Assembly (NCBI GenBank): GCA_964016885.1
Contig: OZ024742.1
Location: 54,126,001-54,190,000, forward strand
DNA from: Eledone cirrhosa
Lineage: Eukaryota
Reading direction: 5' to 3'
DNA: 64,000 bases
Shown: positions 1 through 14,689 of the stretch, in pieces
How the letters are laid out: each line of letters begins with the position of its first letter
How positions within the stretch are numbered: position 1 is the first letter of the stretch
Notes under the pieces: generated by a model
The model's database searches: none
What the model was told of the DNA's origin: nothing
What the model saw: the letters and a program-made list of their open reading frames with translations, nothing else
Translations under genes and position numbers: made by a program

Positions 1-356
1 CTCAAAAAACCCCTAAAAAGCTGAAAATTGAAATTTTCCACCTAATACAGGCCCTAGGCCATAAAAAAGTTGGATTTTCTTTGCTCACGGTATGAAGAAG
101 AGACTGACTAATACATAGTTACAATTTCAATGAAATCGGTCTGACGTAATGCCTAAAAAAATCCCATAAAAGGTTGAAAAAACGCAGTTTTTCACCTAGG
201 AAATCAACAAAAAGTTGAATGTTTTTATGTGCCCAACACTCCTTGAAACATAAGTAATACACATGTAAAGTTTGAAACAAATCGGTTGGCTACTTCTCGA
301 GTTTTAGGGATTCAAACTTACACACACACACATCCTCAGTTTTATATATATAGATA
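1..356 (+). mobile_element. 3' part of a non-autonomous Helitron/DINE-like repeat
   Basis: Repeated 'AAATCGGT' motifs, short (CA)n and a 'TTTTATATATATAGAT' terminus, as in such elements; truncated by the window start. Confidence 0.4.
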
Positions 357-631
357 AATAACATTTTTCCAAAAATACATAAGTGGTAACAAAACAGTGC
401 AATCAAATTTTTGCGGAAAAATATTTTACCTTCTCCAATAAAAAATATTAAGTATTTTACGAAATCCAGAGACTTTCAATAATGAGTTTCGGTCTTTCAC
501 ACTCACTCAATATATATATATGGGAGTGCGTGTATATGTGTGCATGTAAATGAGTATATATAGATTTATATGTATACATAACATCCTAGGGATCTGATTG
601 ACACTGTTTCTCTATATATATACATGCATAG

Positions 632-634
<3 letters not shown>

Positions 635-712
<78 letters not shown>
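635..712. repeat. (TG)n microsatellite
   Basis: Direct reading; explains spurious VC/HT ORFs. Confidence 0.95.
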
Positions 713-716
<4 letters not shown>

Positions 717-909
717 ATTCTTGTTTGTATCGATTCTCCAGAACATTTCAAAATATTTACAATTTATAGAAAATACTCTTCACATGGTCTGTATATGTTA
801 TATGTTTATGTGTATGTATATATGTATAATTATTTGTATATGTATATATATATATATATATATACACACAAATACTTATACATATATATATATATATACA
901 CACACACAC

Positions 910-961
910 AAACAATTAAAAAAGCATTTGGTCAACCAATTCCCCAGGGAATTAATAGAAA

Positions 962-1043
<82 letters not shown>

Positions 1044-1096
1044 TTTCTATTAATTCCCCGGGGGATTGGTTGACCAAATGCTTTGCTTAATTGTTT
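910..1096. repeat. Palindrome: ~56-bp inverted arms around a (TA)n centre
   Basis: AAACAATTAA..GCATTTGGTCAACCAAT..GAAACCAA (910-965) vs its reverse complement (1040-1096). Confidence 0.9.
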
Positions 1097-1282
1097 TATT
1101 TATTTTTAGAAACATTTTACTCTTTCTCTTAGACTTCAGGTATTTTTCGAAAGCTAAGCATTGGCCCCTAAAATACTACAGTGGGCCCTGCAATGCTACT
1201 CTGGGTACCTGCATTGCCACCGTGGGGCCCTTGGCAACCTGGCAACCTGGCCCGTCCGCCACTGTATATATATATATATATA

Positions 1283-2000
1283 GTGACGAAACATAAGTCA
1301 ATTGCATGAACTCATAATCCTTTATTTACTGCTATAAATATTTCGATGATAACCATTGAATGGCTACGACCTCATCAGGCAGTTAGTCAGTTCTTAGATA
1401 TGCCAGCTCTGTGTTTATAGTGTTGATGGTATCAGAGCCTTGGGACATATATTTCTGTTTATCTTTGTAAACAGAAATAACAACACAATCGGTACAGTAT
1501 ATGGAAGGGATATTATTTGTTTGTTAAAATAATCAAATTAAATTAATTCAACAATTAAACCCACATAGGAATAATAAGCTGTAAATGTATATGTATATAC
1601 AGTAGTTGTCTCTTTGGCCTATCTGTAAGTAGTAGAGACCGTGGAGTTCCTGGCCTTGGGTTTAATACTGGTCAAGAGGAAAATGTAAGCTTTTTTTCAG
1701 CTTTTATTTTACATCCCAAAGAAAAAACGGAAAATGTTTACCGGGTCCTTGCTCCCTACCCTGATCGGACTTCAGTCCATGATCACCACTGTCTAGCATC
1801 CCTCCAACTAGGCTGCTGAGACAGTTACAAAAGTATAACTCAAATTAATAATTATAAACTTATTTTCAAAATCAAACTTAAAATAGCTTTCCTGGAGCTA
1901 TTACTTATATTTACGATCGACTTGTCAATCTTCTGGTTATTCCTATGTTTGTTTAACTGGTGAATTAATTTAATTTGATTATATTAACAAACAAATAATA
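1283..2000 (-). mobile_element. PLE-like pLTR fragment (family A) with internal inversion, between (TA)n tracts
   Basis: Carries an HHR at 1328-1383; ~1511-1574 is inverted at ~1937-2000; the related CTGCCTGATGAGG motif recurs at ~5240 (+) and ~54590 (-). Confidence 0.55.
1328..1383 (-). ncRNA. Type I hammerhead ribozyme (family A)
   Basis: Minus strand: ACTGC-CTGATGA-GGTCGTAGCCA ttcaa TGGTTATCATC-GAAA-TATTTA-TA-GCAGT; stem I ACTGC/GCAGT, AUA cleavage triplet. Confidence 0.8.
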
Positions 2001-2028
2001 TATATATATATATATAGGAACGAGTAGG

Positions 2029-2124
2029 ACCCCGACGGCTGAGCTCAAGCCGTTTCGACGGCTAATTCTGGACTAAATGAACATTTTTATTCTGGTATAT
2101 GAATAGCCGAGCTTCTCAGGGGGT
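2029..2124 (-). ncRNA. Type I hammerhead ribozyme with long stem II (family B; core CTGAGAA, probably decayed)
   Basis: Minus strand: ACCCC-CTGAGAA-..CGGCTA..TAGCCG-TC-GAAA-CGGC ttgagctca GCCG-TC-GGGGT; GUC triplet. Confidence 0.75.
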
Positions 2125-2170
2125 AATTCCATATATGGTAAAAGTGATTGTCACAAGTATTGGTCAAAAG

Positions 2171-2211
<41 letters not shown>

Positions 2212-2242
2212 GATTAAAAGATGGTTAAAAGAGTTCCAAGTG

Positions 2243-2306
2243 TTTTATTAGGCGCATTTCAAAAACTATAATAATGGGATGATATCTGCGTTCTCATCAG
2301 ATAAAA
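2243..2306 (-). ncRNA. Minimal type I hammerhead ribozyme (family C-like) at the end of an AT-rich pLTR (~2210-2840)
   Basis: Minus strand: TTTTAT-CTGATGA-GAAC..GTTTTT-GAAA-TGCGCC-TA-ATAAAA. Confidence 0.65.
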
Positions 2307-2833
2307 TAGGGAGACATGATATGAAGCTTAAAAAATACTTGTGAGCAGTGAAGTTTTAAATCAACATATGAAAAATAAACTAAGATGGATATATGAGATT
2401 GGGAAAAAAATGAGGGAGGGGGGTAGGAAAAGGTAAGGAAGAGGAAGAAAGAAAAGTAAAGGATGGTGGGGGAGGAGTATAAGAAGGAAGGATGAGCGAG
2501 GAGGAGAAATGGGTCATAGAAAGAGAGAAATAGCCTTTATACCCGAGAAAATATTGTCTTACGGAGAGAAATTTAAAAAAACCGTTGGAAGATAATAGAT
2601 AATTTAAAAGATTTTGAAATTAAAAGTTAATGAGGTTTATGCATGAAGAAAAAGGAATTGAGAATAGTTTTTAAATTAAAGTTTGTATATTGAAGGGTTT
2701 AATAATATGTGCGAAAAAAAGAATTTATTAATATGTATTATTAAAATAAAAATACTCCAGTCCTACAAACTGTAGAGTGCTACTTCTCCGATATTTGCAT
2801 TGCTTTATTGTGCTACAATAAAACTCACCTCCT

Positions 2834-3450
<617 letters not shown>

Positions 3451-4940
3451 ATTCTCCAGAACATTTCACAATATTTACAATTTATAGAAAATACTTCACA
3501 TGGTCTGTATATGTTGCCTATGTACAATATACATTTTTGGTTGTCTTTATAAGTTCCTAAATTTATTCATAAAAATATTTATTATAATCAAATTCATACA
3601 TAGAAATACTTATTATTATCAAAATGTATACATAGAAATATTTATCTATTTATTATTATCAAAACCATATTTACTATATGGACTCTGAAATATTATAGAC
3701 ATTTTTACTTATATTATAATATAAATTATGATTAATTATTAGGTTAAACATTAGATAAAACAATACATCTTTAAATAATATACATTCCTTAAATTACTAA
3801 ACACTAGAGTTATCTTCCCCTTAATAAAAGTTTGTTTACAATTCACATATACGAGACAAACAACTTTTACATAAATGTTTAAATTTATATAACTAACCTT
3901 ATACAATAGTAGCTTATACATACTATTATACATCTTCATTTAAAAAAATATAATTTTTACATTCTTAAGGTATATAAAAATGCATATATATTATCGCTTG
4001 ATCTATCTTACGCTCTTTCATAATTCTATGTCTATATATATACTTAAATAAGATCTATATTCACGCATAATCATATATGTACTAAGCAAATTTTTTAAAT
4101 AACTGTTTCTACTTTAGGCACAAGGCCAGCAATTACCCAGTGCATTACTGGTACTTTATTTTTTTCGACCCCGTAAGGATGAAAGGCAAAGTTAACCTCG
4201 GCGGGATTTGAACTCAGAATGGCAAGGACCGTAACTCTATGCGTCAAAGCATGGCGTCCGACCCTCTACCGATACAATAATGTCTTATACTATAATACAT
4301 TATATTTATAACTGCACTCATCATAATATTAAAATATATGCGTAAGATATATCCAATCGTATATCTAAATACAGCATTTCTTTCACATTATATTGTTGTA
4401 ATTACTTTAATAAATTAATAGTTCTCAATTTAATACATTCCTTCGTAATTCTCACCTAAATATTATAAATACTTCCATATTCTTGAAATATATTTTAAAA
4501 TTAAATAAATAAATAAATATAATTATATCATTTTTTCTATACCCATGTAAATATGTTTGGGTGTATATATGCATATTTCTATGAATAATCCTAAATTAAC
4601 TACTTTACAATATTATTTTCAAATTTAATAGCAAACGCTTTTAAAATATAATTTAGATAAATATTTAAAACCTATCTAGCGTTTAAACTTAACGGTCCTT
4701 TTCAGTTTGAACGTTATCCTCATTAGCATATTTCCCCTGAGTTTTGAAAGATTATATTTACTATCTTCACTGAACTTATAACATGAAGTTCACATGAAGA
4801 TATGTTACTATCTTTACACCAATTATTGTATTTTATCTGACGAAAGCGTACTAAAATATTAGTACAATAAAATATTAGTATAATAAAATAAATATTGTTT
4901 TATAAAAATATAGATATTTTCCATTTATTAATATTATTGA
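3451..4940 (+). mobile_element. Highly decayed AT-rich PLE 3' region (family C) ending in a broken HHR (4829-4890); SINE nested inside
   Basis: TATTTTAT-CTGACGA..ATAAAATA plus downstream TTTCCATTTATTAATAT match 24763-24870; the GAAA motif is lost. Confidence 0.45.
4104..4275 (-). mobile_element. tRNA-derived SINE (5' slightly truncated)
   Basis: Minus strand has B-box GAGTTCAAATCC and core CTTTGCCTTTCATCCTTACGGGGTCG; several copies in the window. Confidence 0.85.
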
Positions 4941-5268
4941 TATTATATATATATATATTGTTATACTTGGGGAGGGTCATATTTGTGTAATATTGCCAGA
5001 ATTATATATATATATATATATATACATATATGTATATATATGGGAGTGCGTGTATATGTGCACGTACATGTATATATATATAGAAACATGCCCAGTTCCG
5101 AAGTGTGGTATTGTTTTCTCAACAATACCACACTTTGAGAAAACAACACCGCACATCAGAATTGAGCATATCAAAGAATTAACGAGGTGAACTTTGTTCC
5201 ATCATTGTGTTTTCCTGTTTATTCTGTTCAAGTTCTAGCTGCCTGATGAGGTCATAGCTGTTGAACAA

Positions 5269-5786
5269 TACTAGACAGCGTGCGGGAGGTGTAAGGGAGA
5301 TAACTGCGAAAGTCCGGAAAGTTTTTAGGTTGAAAATAAAATAAAATAAAATAAAAATAAAAAATTACAAAGAATCAGTCCGGAGCCTTGTAGTTATACA
5401 ATAGATGTTTGGTGACGTGTGGACAACGTGTGAAAAATTCACTTCTCGTGTTTAGGCAATCACTATTGCGTAATCTCTTTAAGATAGTTATTCTAAAAAC
5501 TTTCAACCTAAATACTTTCCGGACTTTCGCAGTTATCTCCCTTACACGCCCCGCACGCTGTCTAGTACGGCGTGTGTGAAGTGACCGAGTTTCTGCGCAT
5601 GCGCGTTCGTACGGTTGTCCTTCCGGTTCCTATAACCATATACATCCCGAGCTGAAGATCCGCGAAGATGAAACAATTGTTCTCGGTATGGTGAAGTAAC
5701 TGTTGTGTAACCACTTCTACCTAACTCGTCCCTTGGACTGAGTGCTCTACCACTACGGATATTACCTTCGAGTGTTCCACCACTAT
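5269..5786 (+). mobile_element. Solo pLTR of PLE family E with 5' inversion
   Basis: Homologous to 24908-25290; 5269-5336 is inverted at 5500-5567; HHR at 5647-5686; ends CCACCACTA|(TA)n. Confidence 0.85.
5647..5686 (+). ncRNA. Minimal hammerhead ribozyme (family E)
   Basis: CCGAG-CTGAAGA-TCCGCGAAGAT-GAAA-CAATTG-TT-CTCGG; weak stem II, palindromic stem III. Confidence 0.6.
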
Positions 5787-5892
5787 ATATATATAGATAT
5801 TAGTCAATGAAAAAAGAATTAGTTGATTTCTAATCCACTGATTCTTATATAAAACAGGTGCCAAGCACTCAACTGTATGGATTTATCCGGAG

Positions 5893-5931
<39 letters not shown>

Positions 5932-5959
5932 TATAATAATAATAATAATAGATGAAATG

Positions 5960-8840
5960 AACAATGATAGTGGGAACCCATGAATCTAAGATTTTTAGAC
6001 AGGAAAAAGTTAAAAGAAACAACAGCTAAGGTAAAAAAGTCATCCCATACCTTAAGTCGAGGAACCTTGACCAATGCAACAATATCCTCAAAGCAACAGC
6101 AAATGCGGTGAGGAAATTACTTGGCATAAAAGCGAGAGGAAACAACAAACAAGAAAGATCAGAACCTTGGGGAAGAAACGAGTGAATGGTCAAATCAGGG
6201 AAATGAGAAATGACATTGGAAAGCTTGAGTCCCTACTGAATGGGACACTACAAAACAGACACTAAAAATAGACTGGAAATAAAGTACAAAACTAGGAGGA
6301 AAAAGATAAATATTATCATAGAGGAACTGAAGCCACGTATTGTAGCAAAGAGTGCAAAGATTAGGCGATACGAGAGCAGAGTCAGTCAGTATAGACAGAA
6401 CCGCATGTTTGACAACAACCAGAAGATGTTGTTTGGACAGCTTGAAGGGAAAGAAAGCGGCAACGACTTGGTCCCTGAATGCGGAACAAACTAAGACATT
6501 CTGGAGAGGAATATGGGAGCAGGATGTTAAACATAATGATCAGGCAGTGTGGATTGAGACAGTACAAAAGGAGATTAGTGAACAGGCACACCACAAACTG
6601 ATTTGAGTATCACAGTTGAAACTCATAAAGGGCAGGCCAAAAAACTAACCAACTGGAAATGACCAGGCCCAGCTGGTGTGTGGTATTGGATTAAAAATAT
6701 AACATCCCTCCACCCGAAATTGACAACCATGTTCAATGACTGTTTGATGTCGTGTGAGGTACCAGAGTGGTTGAGAAAAGGTACCACAGTTCTGGTAATG
6801 AAAGACCGAATCAAGCGGAATGATGTTACCAATTATAGACATATCACATGTCTGTCCGTAATGTGGAAACTGTTAACAATCATTGTGTCTCAGGAAATCT
6901 ACCATCACCTCCACATAAACAACTTGCTACTCTACGAACAGAAAGGATGCCGAAAGAAGTCCCGTGGTACAAAAGACCAGTTACTTATTGATAAGACGAA
7001 TAAGAGGAATTGCAAGAGGAGACACACTGATCTTGCCATGGGATGGATAGATTAAAAAAAGGCATTCGACATGGTACCTCATTCTTGGATAACCAAAAGC
7101 CTAGAGATCTTCAAGGGGGCAGATTATATCAGACAGTTGTTGAGCAAAAGTATGAAGTCCTGGAATACAGAGTTAACATCGGGTGGAGAATATCTGGGAA
7201 ACGTGAAGATCAAGAGAGGTATCTTCCAGGGAGATAGTTTGTCCTTGCCCTGATACCCCTGACCATTATATTGCTAAAAGTCAGAGCAGGATACAAGTTG
7301 GGAAAAGGAGAGTTTACCATCAATCCCCTCCTCTTCTTGGACGATCTTAAACTCTTTGGGAAGAGTGACAAGGAGTTGGATGTACTTGTTGACACTGTCC
7401 GTATTTTCAGCAATCATATATGTATGTATTTTTTATTAATAAGTGTGGAGTCCTAGTGATGAAGAAGGGTAAATTGAGCAGAAGCAACGGAATCCAGGTA
7501 CCAACAGGTGAGATGATAAAGGAAATTGACACTGAAGAAGGATACAAATATTTAGGTGTTCTGGAGGCTGATGACACCAAAATCAAAAGAAATGGAGGAA
7601 TTGATAAGATCTGAGTACATTAGGAGAGTAAGGAACGTATTAAAATCACATCTAAATAGTAGGAATGTCTTAAGTTCAGTGAATTCCTGAGCTGTGTCTA
7701 TTATTAGGTACAGTGCGGGAATTCTGAAATGGAATGTTGCTGAACAAAAAGAAATGGATAGGAAGACTAAGAAGCTATTGACTATCTACAACATGTTCCA
7801 GAAAAGGAGTGATGTGGATAGATTCTACTTAAAGAGATCTGAAGGTGGAAGAGGTCTTATCAGCATAGAGGACTGTGTTCAGATGGAGAAAAGCAATCTG
7901 CACAAATACGTGACTGACAGTAGGGAGCCAATGCTCAAAATTGTACTGAAGGAGAAGACAATTGACCAGGGGATGTCCAAGGAAATAACAACAAGGGGGA
8001 AGAGCAACCTTCATGAAAAAATCCCTTCATACTACCTTCTTTAAGAAAACTGAATTTAGAGATCCACAGACATGGAACTGGTTAAAAAGAGGAAATCTTA
8101 AAAAGGCTACAGAAGGAATGCTAATAGCTGCGCAAGAGCAGGCCCTCAGAACGAAGTGGGTGAAACACCATATTTACAAGGAGGAGGCTAGCTCACTGTG
8201 TAGGATCTGTGGAAAGAGAGAGAAGACTGTGGCTCACATTGTATCCGAGTGTAGCCCAGACTCACTATAAAGTCTGGAGACATGATGTGATGGGCAGGGT
8301 GATCCACTGGCACCTATGCAAAGTAAACAATTTATCACATTTTGAGAAGTGGTATGAGCATAAGCCAGAGTCGGTGATAGAAAACGATCAGGTGAAGGTG
8401 CTATGGGATTTTAGGATACAGACGGACAAGAAATTAGAACACAATATGCCTGACCTGGTGGTTTTGGACAAGGAAAAAAGATCGTGCCTGATTGTAGATG
8501 TAGCCTGCCGATTTGACACGAGAGTGCAAGAAAAGGAGAGGGAGAAAATTAACCGATACCAGGACTTAAAATGGGAGGTAAAAAGGATTTGGAACTGCCA
8601 TGAAGTCAAGGTCGTCCCGATTGTCATAGGCGCACTAGGTACTATATCAAAGTTTCCAAGGATGGTTAAAGAAAATTAGTCCAGCCCGGCTTTTGGGAAC
8701 ACTTCAAAAGGCATGCTTGCTGGGAAAAGCAAGAACCCTCCGATACGTCCTGAATATCTGAGGCTGCAGGTAGTGGCTAGATATTCATTGAAACAAACTT
8801 TCCAGTTAAATAACATCAATGACTGAGACTCAAAAATAAT
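5960..8840 (+). mobile_element. Decayed R4/Dong-like RLE LINE (family 1): RT, CCHC knuckle, restriction-like endonuclease
   Basis: Frameshifted ORFs: NYRHITCL, EQKGC, GIFQGDSLS, FLDDLKL, CRICG..HIVSEC, HNMPDLVV..IVDVAC; follows (TAA)n at 5895-5951. Confidence 0.9.
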
Positions 8841-8844
8841 GAAA

Positions 8845-11800
8845 TTATGATCGAATGGATGAAAATGAAAGAATCTGAAATGGGGGAACGAGACACTCTC
8901 CCTAAGATCCAGAACACCAAACAGAACCAAAAGATAATACACAATAGTAACATAATTCTCAAAAACATTATCATCACAAACAAACTAAACATTACTGATC
9001 TAAATCATCTCTATTATGCATCGGCTAAAATAACCACTCATTTATGTGGAGTGAAAATGAAAAAACAAAGAAATTCCCACAAGAAACCTACTTGGCAAGA
9101 CAACATCAATCGCCAAATAAATCTTCTCCGATCTGACATAGAAATGTTAACAAATTACAAAGTAGGTGAACATGTTAAACAAACTAAAGTTAGAAAATTG
9201 AAAAGAAAATTCAGTATGAAATAATACAGATAGAAATAATCAAGCAAAAAGTGTCGGCCAAAGCTGCTCGTATAAGGCGCTTTGAAAAACGATCTAGATT
9301 TTATATGGACAATAATATGTTCAAAAACAACCAAAGAAACTTCTACAGAAAAATTGACAAGTCAACAATAACTGCTAAATCAATACCACCCAAGGAGGAA
9401 GTGCAAGAATTATGGGAAAAGATCTGGACCGAAGAAAAAGTTCATAATATACATGCCCCATGGATAGACAGAGAAATGAAAGATACAGCTCACCTTGAGG
9501 AACAAATATGGGAAAATATAACAGTTGTACAGTTGCGTTTGGCTCTTAGAAAAACCAGGAAAAGAAAAAATACCAAATTTGTGGATAAATGTCTTCACAG
9601 AGTCTCATGAGCTGTTAGCCCAACTTTACAATGAAATGGTTAAGGAGCCAGAAAAGATACCATCATGGCTAGTTAACGGCATTACATTCCTATTTCCGAA
9701 GAATGATGAGACAAACAATCCCCAAAATTACAGACCGATAACTTGCTTGATCACAATGTATAACATTTTAACATCAGTCCTAACTGAATATACATATGAT
9801 CAGCTGATAACAAATAATCTATTCCCAATGAGTAGAAAGGGTTTAAACGAGGCTCATATAGCTGTAAGGATCAGCTTTTGGTTAACAAAATGATACTTGA
9901 AGATTGTCATAATAGACACAAAAATCTATCAATTGCTTGGATAGATTACAAAAAAGCATTCCATAGTTTGCCACACAGTTGGATTGAAAAATGTTTAGAG
10001 ATTTTCAAAATATCTCCCGTTGTCAGGAGGTTCCTGTCATTCAGTATGAAGACATGGAAAACGACACTCCTTTTGAATAGTGAAAACAAATCACTGGAAG
10101 CTGGAGAAGTTAATATTAATTGTGGAATTTTTCAGGGTGACTCTTTATCACCGCTTTTATTCTGCATCGCACTTATACCATTAAAATGCTCAATGAAACA
10201 AAACATGGATATAAAGTCTATGACAAAACCATTACTCACTTGTTCTACATGTAAAACCTGAAACTATTTGCAAAAAATGATGAACAATTGAAAGGGCTAT
10301 TATCCACTGTGAAGCAGTTCAGTGATGACATTAAAATGGAGTTTGGACTAGATAAATGCGCCAAAGCAACGTTCACCAGAGAAAAGCTGCTGAAAAGTTT
10401 AGACATTAATCTTGATCGGGGGAATGTGATAAGTGAACTTGATCAAGAGGAATCTTACAAATATCTAGGTGTTTGTGAAGGAGACAGAATCAAGCATTCG
10501 ACAATGAGGGAAAGGATAAGGAAAGAATGTTACCGCAGAGTAAGAGCAATCTTAAGAACTAGATTGAATTCAAGGAATAGGATCGATGCCATAAACACGC
10601 TTGCCATACCAGTAGTAACCTACAGTTACAATGTCATCAACAGGTCAAGCACAGAGATCCGTAGGCTCGATACAAATATTAGAACATTCTTAACCATGCA
10701 CAGAATTCATCACCCTAAGGCAGATACAGATAGAATATATCTCCCTAGGAAAGAACGAGGATGTGGGTTAATCCAGTTAGATATTGCGTTGAAAACTACA
10801 ACAATTGGATTATCTACATATCTAAGGGAATCACATGATTGGATGATTAAACTCGTTTTGAAACACGAAAGCATCAACAGATCATACTCCATTACAAAAG
10901 ATGCACAAAGATACAGTAATGGACTACGAATTTCAGAAATTTCATTTACTGCTGAAATGAAAAACAGAAAATGCAAAGCAGGTAAAAGTAACTGCAAAGA
11001 AAGAACTGCTACAGAAACTGGCTAAGAAATGGCAAGAAAAGCCTCTGTATGGAAAATACCCAGAAAGAGCTAACAATCCTGATGTTGACAAAACTTTAAC
11101 CCATCAGTGGTTGGCATCCTCTGGACTGAAATCGGAGACTGAAGGATATCAGCACAAGATCAGTGTCTGCCAACAAAAAATTACCAAGCCAACATAATAA
11201 AAAATGGATGCAACCCTTATGGCGTGTATGTAAAAAACAACCAGTGACCATTGATCATATAATTTCAATGTGCAGTCCTATATCTCCAACCGAATACCTA
11301 AACAGGCATGACAGAGCTGCACAATACATACATTGGATAATGTGTAAGCATTTTGACCTGCCCCATCAAAAGAATTGGTGGGAGTATCAACCACCTCCCA
11401 TACTTGAAAAACATCACATCTCAATCTTGTGGAACTTTAGCATCCAAAGAGACCGAAAAATAGATGCAAATAGACCTGATATAATAGTGAAGGACTTTAA
11501 TAAGAGGGTATGCCTGCTAATCGATATGTCCGTTCCAATAGACAAGAAAGTATCTATAAAAACATTTGAAAAATTGAGCAAATATAAAGACCTGGAGATA
11601 GAAATTGGAAAAATGTGGAAATTGAGAACTAAAACAATACCAGTGGTTGTAAGCGCTCTAGGAATGATACCTAAGGGGTCTAATGATTACTTATCGCAAA
11701 TCCCAGGAAACCCGCGTATAGGAGAAATACAAAAGATAGTACTAATGGGAACTAAGGAAGATTCTGTCAATATAAGTACATCAAAAGTCTAAACACCTAA

Positions 11801-11943
11801 AGATGCATGTGTGTGTATGTATGTTCTTTCTTGAACATGGTGGACCTTGTTGACTCTTGAGGTCACTGGTTGTGACTTGGTGATAACTCGTATGAACATA
11901 AAGCAAGATAAATGCAACTGTAATAGTAATAATAATAATAATA
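8845..11943 (+). mobile_element. Decayed R4/Dong-like RLE LINE (family 2) with (TAA)n tail
   Basis: NYRPITCL, GIFQGDSLSPLLF, RHDRAA, NRPDIIVKD..LIDMSVP; homologous to 61680-64000 (-). Confidence 0.9.
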
Positions 11944-12970
11944 GCAACTGATGCAGCTAGGCACATGAAATAGCTGGCAAAAGCAAAAGGGCACGGACAA
12001 TTAGCATCAAATTGGGAGCAGAAATCTCTGCATGGCAAATATGTGGCCCGTAGCAAACAAGCTGATGTTGACCCAAAGCGCACCCATCAGTGGCTACGTA
12101 GTTCAGGGCTAAAGGCGGAGAGTGAAGGCTTCATCTTAGCTGCCCAAGATCAAAGCTTATTGACTCGTAATTACCAGGCCAATGTGATGAGAAACGGAAT
12201 AAGCTCAAAGTGCCGATTCTGAAATGCTGGAGTTGAAAGAGTGGATCATTTAGTCTCTGGATGTAAAGTTTTAGCACCAGTAGAATACAAATATAGACAT
12301 GACAGTGTTGGTCAATATCTACACTGGGTAATATGTCGGCATTACAAAATCAAACCTGAAGACAAGTGGTACAATCATCACCCTGAGGCTGTAACTGAAG
12401 GAGAAAAAGTAACAATTCTCTGGGACTTTCCTGTACATATGACAGGACCATAAAAGCAAATAGACCTGACATCATTGTAAAAGATCAACATAACAAGGTC
12501 TGTTTGTTGATAGATATGAGCCTCCCATGTGGTCACAATACCGCGGCAAAAGAATTTGACAAGCTACGAAAATATAAAGATCTGCTTATTGAAATTGAGA
12601 AAATGTGGCACCACAAGGCCGTTACAATACCAGTGATTGTGGGAGGACTGGGTATGATTAAGAAAGGAACAAAACAATATTTGCGAATGATTCCTGGTTT
12701 ACCCTCTTTGCACGAGGTGCAATAAAATTGTGTTGACTGGTACTGCACACCTATTGAGAAGAGCACTATCCCTTCTTGTATTTACATATGCATATGCACA
12801 TGTGTATATATGTATACTGTTTTTTTTGTTTTTCTTTTTAAATTATAATCAATGTGCTGTATTAACTGGCTTACCAATGCACACTGTGAATTTATTTGCC
12901 CTAGGTGTCAGGAAGACACTCGGCATATATCGCAGAAACAATAATGAAAGAAAATAAAAATAACAATAAT
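11944..12970 (+). mobile_element. 5'-truncated RLE LINE (third family), zinc knuckle + endonuclease region
   Basis: HLVSGC, RHDSVG, LIDMSLP, IPVIVGGLG; begins right after a (TAA)n tail. Confidence 0.8.
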
Positions 12971-12971
12971 A

Positions 12972-13155
12972 GTTTCTACTTTTGGCAGAAGGCCAGCAAT
13001 TACCCCAGTGTATTACTGGTACTTTATTTTATCGACCCCGTAAGGGTGAAAGGCAAAGTTAACCTCGGCGGGATTTGAACTCAGAATGGCAAGGGCCGTA
13101 AGTCAATGTGTCAAAGTATGGCGTCCGACCCTCTACCGATACTGCCAATCCACCA
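12972..13155 (-). mobile_element. tRNA-derived SINE
   Basis: Same family as 4104-4275; A- and B-box-like motifs on the minus strand. Confidence 0.85.
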
Positions 13156-13899
13156 ATAATTATAATAGTAATAAACGAAAGATATCTATTTTATATCATC
13201 TTTGTTTATTTTATTATATATATTTCGAAGAAACAAAGTTTTATGTGTAACATAAACCAAAACTTCAGACAAAATACATTCGTGATGTATAGTTTTTTCC
13301 TGATACGCTGGTAGACAAACGAGCTGGACAGATCGGTCATCGGTCAACACCAAGCATATCCATATACTAAGAATTATATTTTCCTTATCTATTAAATTCT
13401 CATTACTTAGGGTAACCTTCACTACATGATTAACAATATTAAAATGATGTGCTGCGTTTTAATTTATATTGCAACGTAACTAAAATTTTTCTCAAATCTT
13501 CTTGGAAAAATATATAATTAAAACCTGAAACCACTGACTAAAACACTTTCCTACTTCAATATTTAATATATGCTATCTTCACAATAATAATGTTACGCGA
13601 TTCACACATAATAGATCTAACCTGATACATGCTTAAAAAACAACAGGAATATCAGTAATATCTGCTCTGTTGCATAATGCCTCCCGAATTGGTATTCTGC
13701 TAGCTGTTATTAACTATATTGCAATAAACTATGATCGTGATAATTTGTAAAATTCCAAAAGAAAATCTCTTCAAGACGTTTTCATGCACAATACATACCG
13801 TAGGCAAAAGTTTACGCCTAGAAGGTATCGTGAAAAAAAAAAAAAAATTTGTAAAGCTTTGCTAAAACTGCGATTTATCGCAAATTAAGTATATGAAAA

Positions 13900-14560
13900 C
13901 CAAACATGTCATTCCTGTTTATGTTTTGTTATGTTACTGTCATTACAATTTTACTGTCAGAGCAGCCTTGTTTCCTAGAGTTCTGATTCTCTGTTTTTCA
14001 TTTATAATTTCATATCTTGCTTCTTGGAACTCAGTTATATTTATATTTTATGTGATTCTGTTTGTTGTGTCGGCTTTATGATGTATTACTTCGCAATGTG
14101 ATTTTTCAAATATCATCCAATCAATTTCTTTGAATGTTTGTGGTGCAATACATTTTTGGTGTTATTGATTTTTAGGAAATGTAATTCCATTTCTTGACGG
14201 AAGTTATTTCACATTTATTTATTTGAAGTTTTGAAATATGGTTTTGTGTGCTTCATTGATGTCCCGATGTATCCGAAGGGATTTCAGGGATATTCTGAGA
14301 TGACGAAGTTATAATAATGTGCTCATAGTAGAAAGTAATTTCAGAGAAGTCGTTAATACTTTACAGATTTTTAAAGGTTTTATGTTATTACAATTGTACG
14401 CAACGAAAATAATTTTCTTGTTGCTGTTCATATTGTGAGCTGTTGACATGCGGCATCCAATGACATGTTTGTTTGAGCTCCCCACTTTGATAGGAAGCTT
14501 TTGACTTCAATGTGACTGATCCAAATTTCTCCGTTGATATTTAGAAAATTATGATTTAAC
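13900..14560 (-). pseudogene. Possible very decayed PLE reverse transcriptase remnant
   Basis: Minus strand gives an 'NGITFL'-like thumb motif among stops and frameshifts; weak. Confidence 0.25.
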
Positions 14561-14689
14561 CACTGCTATTTATAGCGCATAGGTAAAGGCTATATTACAA
14601 AAGAAAAAAGTGGTTAACGTCTATCCGAAATCAGGCAGCTCATTAGGTGGAAGTTTATCCGACCTTCTTTAGTGTTAAGCGACAGAGTT

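Noticed and set aside
566-1073. ORFs rich in YI/VC/HT repeats (also at 18.8, 47.2, 51.7 and 56-58 kb)
   Set aside because: Translations of microsatellites and low-complexity DNA, not genes
5239-5268. CTGCCTGATGAGGTCATAGC (and the minus-strand copy at ~54575-54605)
   Set aside because: Family A HHR 5' halves only; GAAA and stem III are missing, so not counted as ribozymes
7531-7580. CTGAAGA/CTGATGA motifs inside LINE and transposase coding regions (also ~35037, ~36224, ~41187)
   Set aside because: Chance matches without HHR helices
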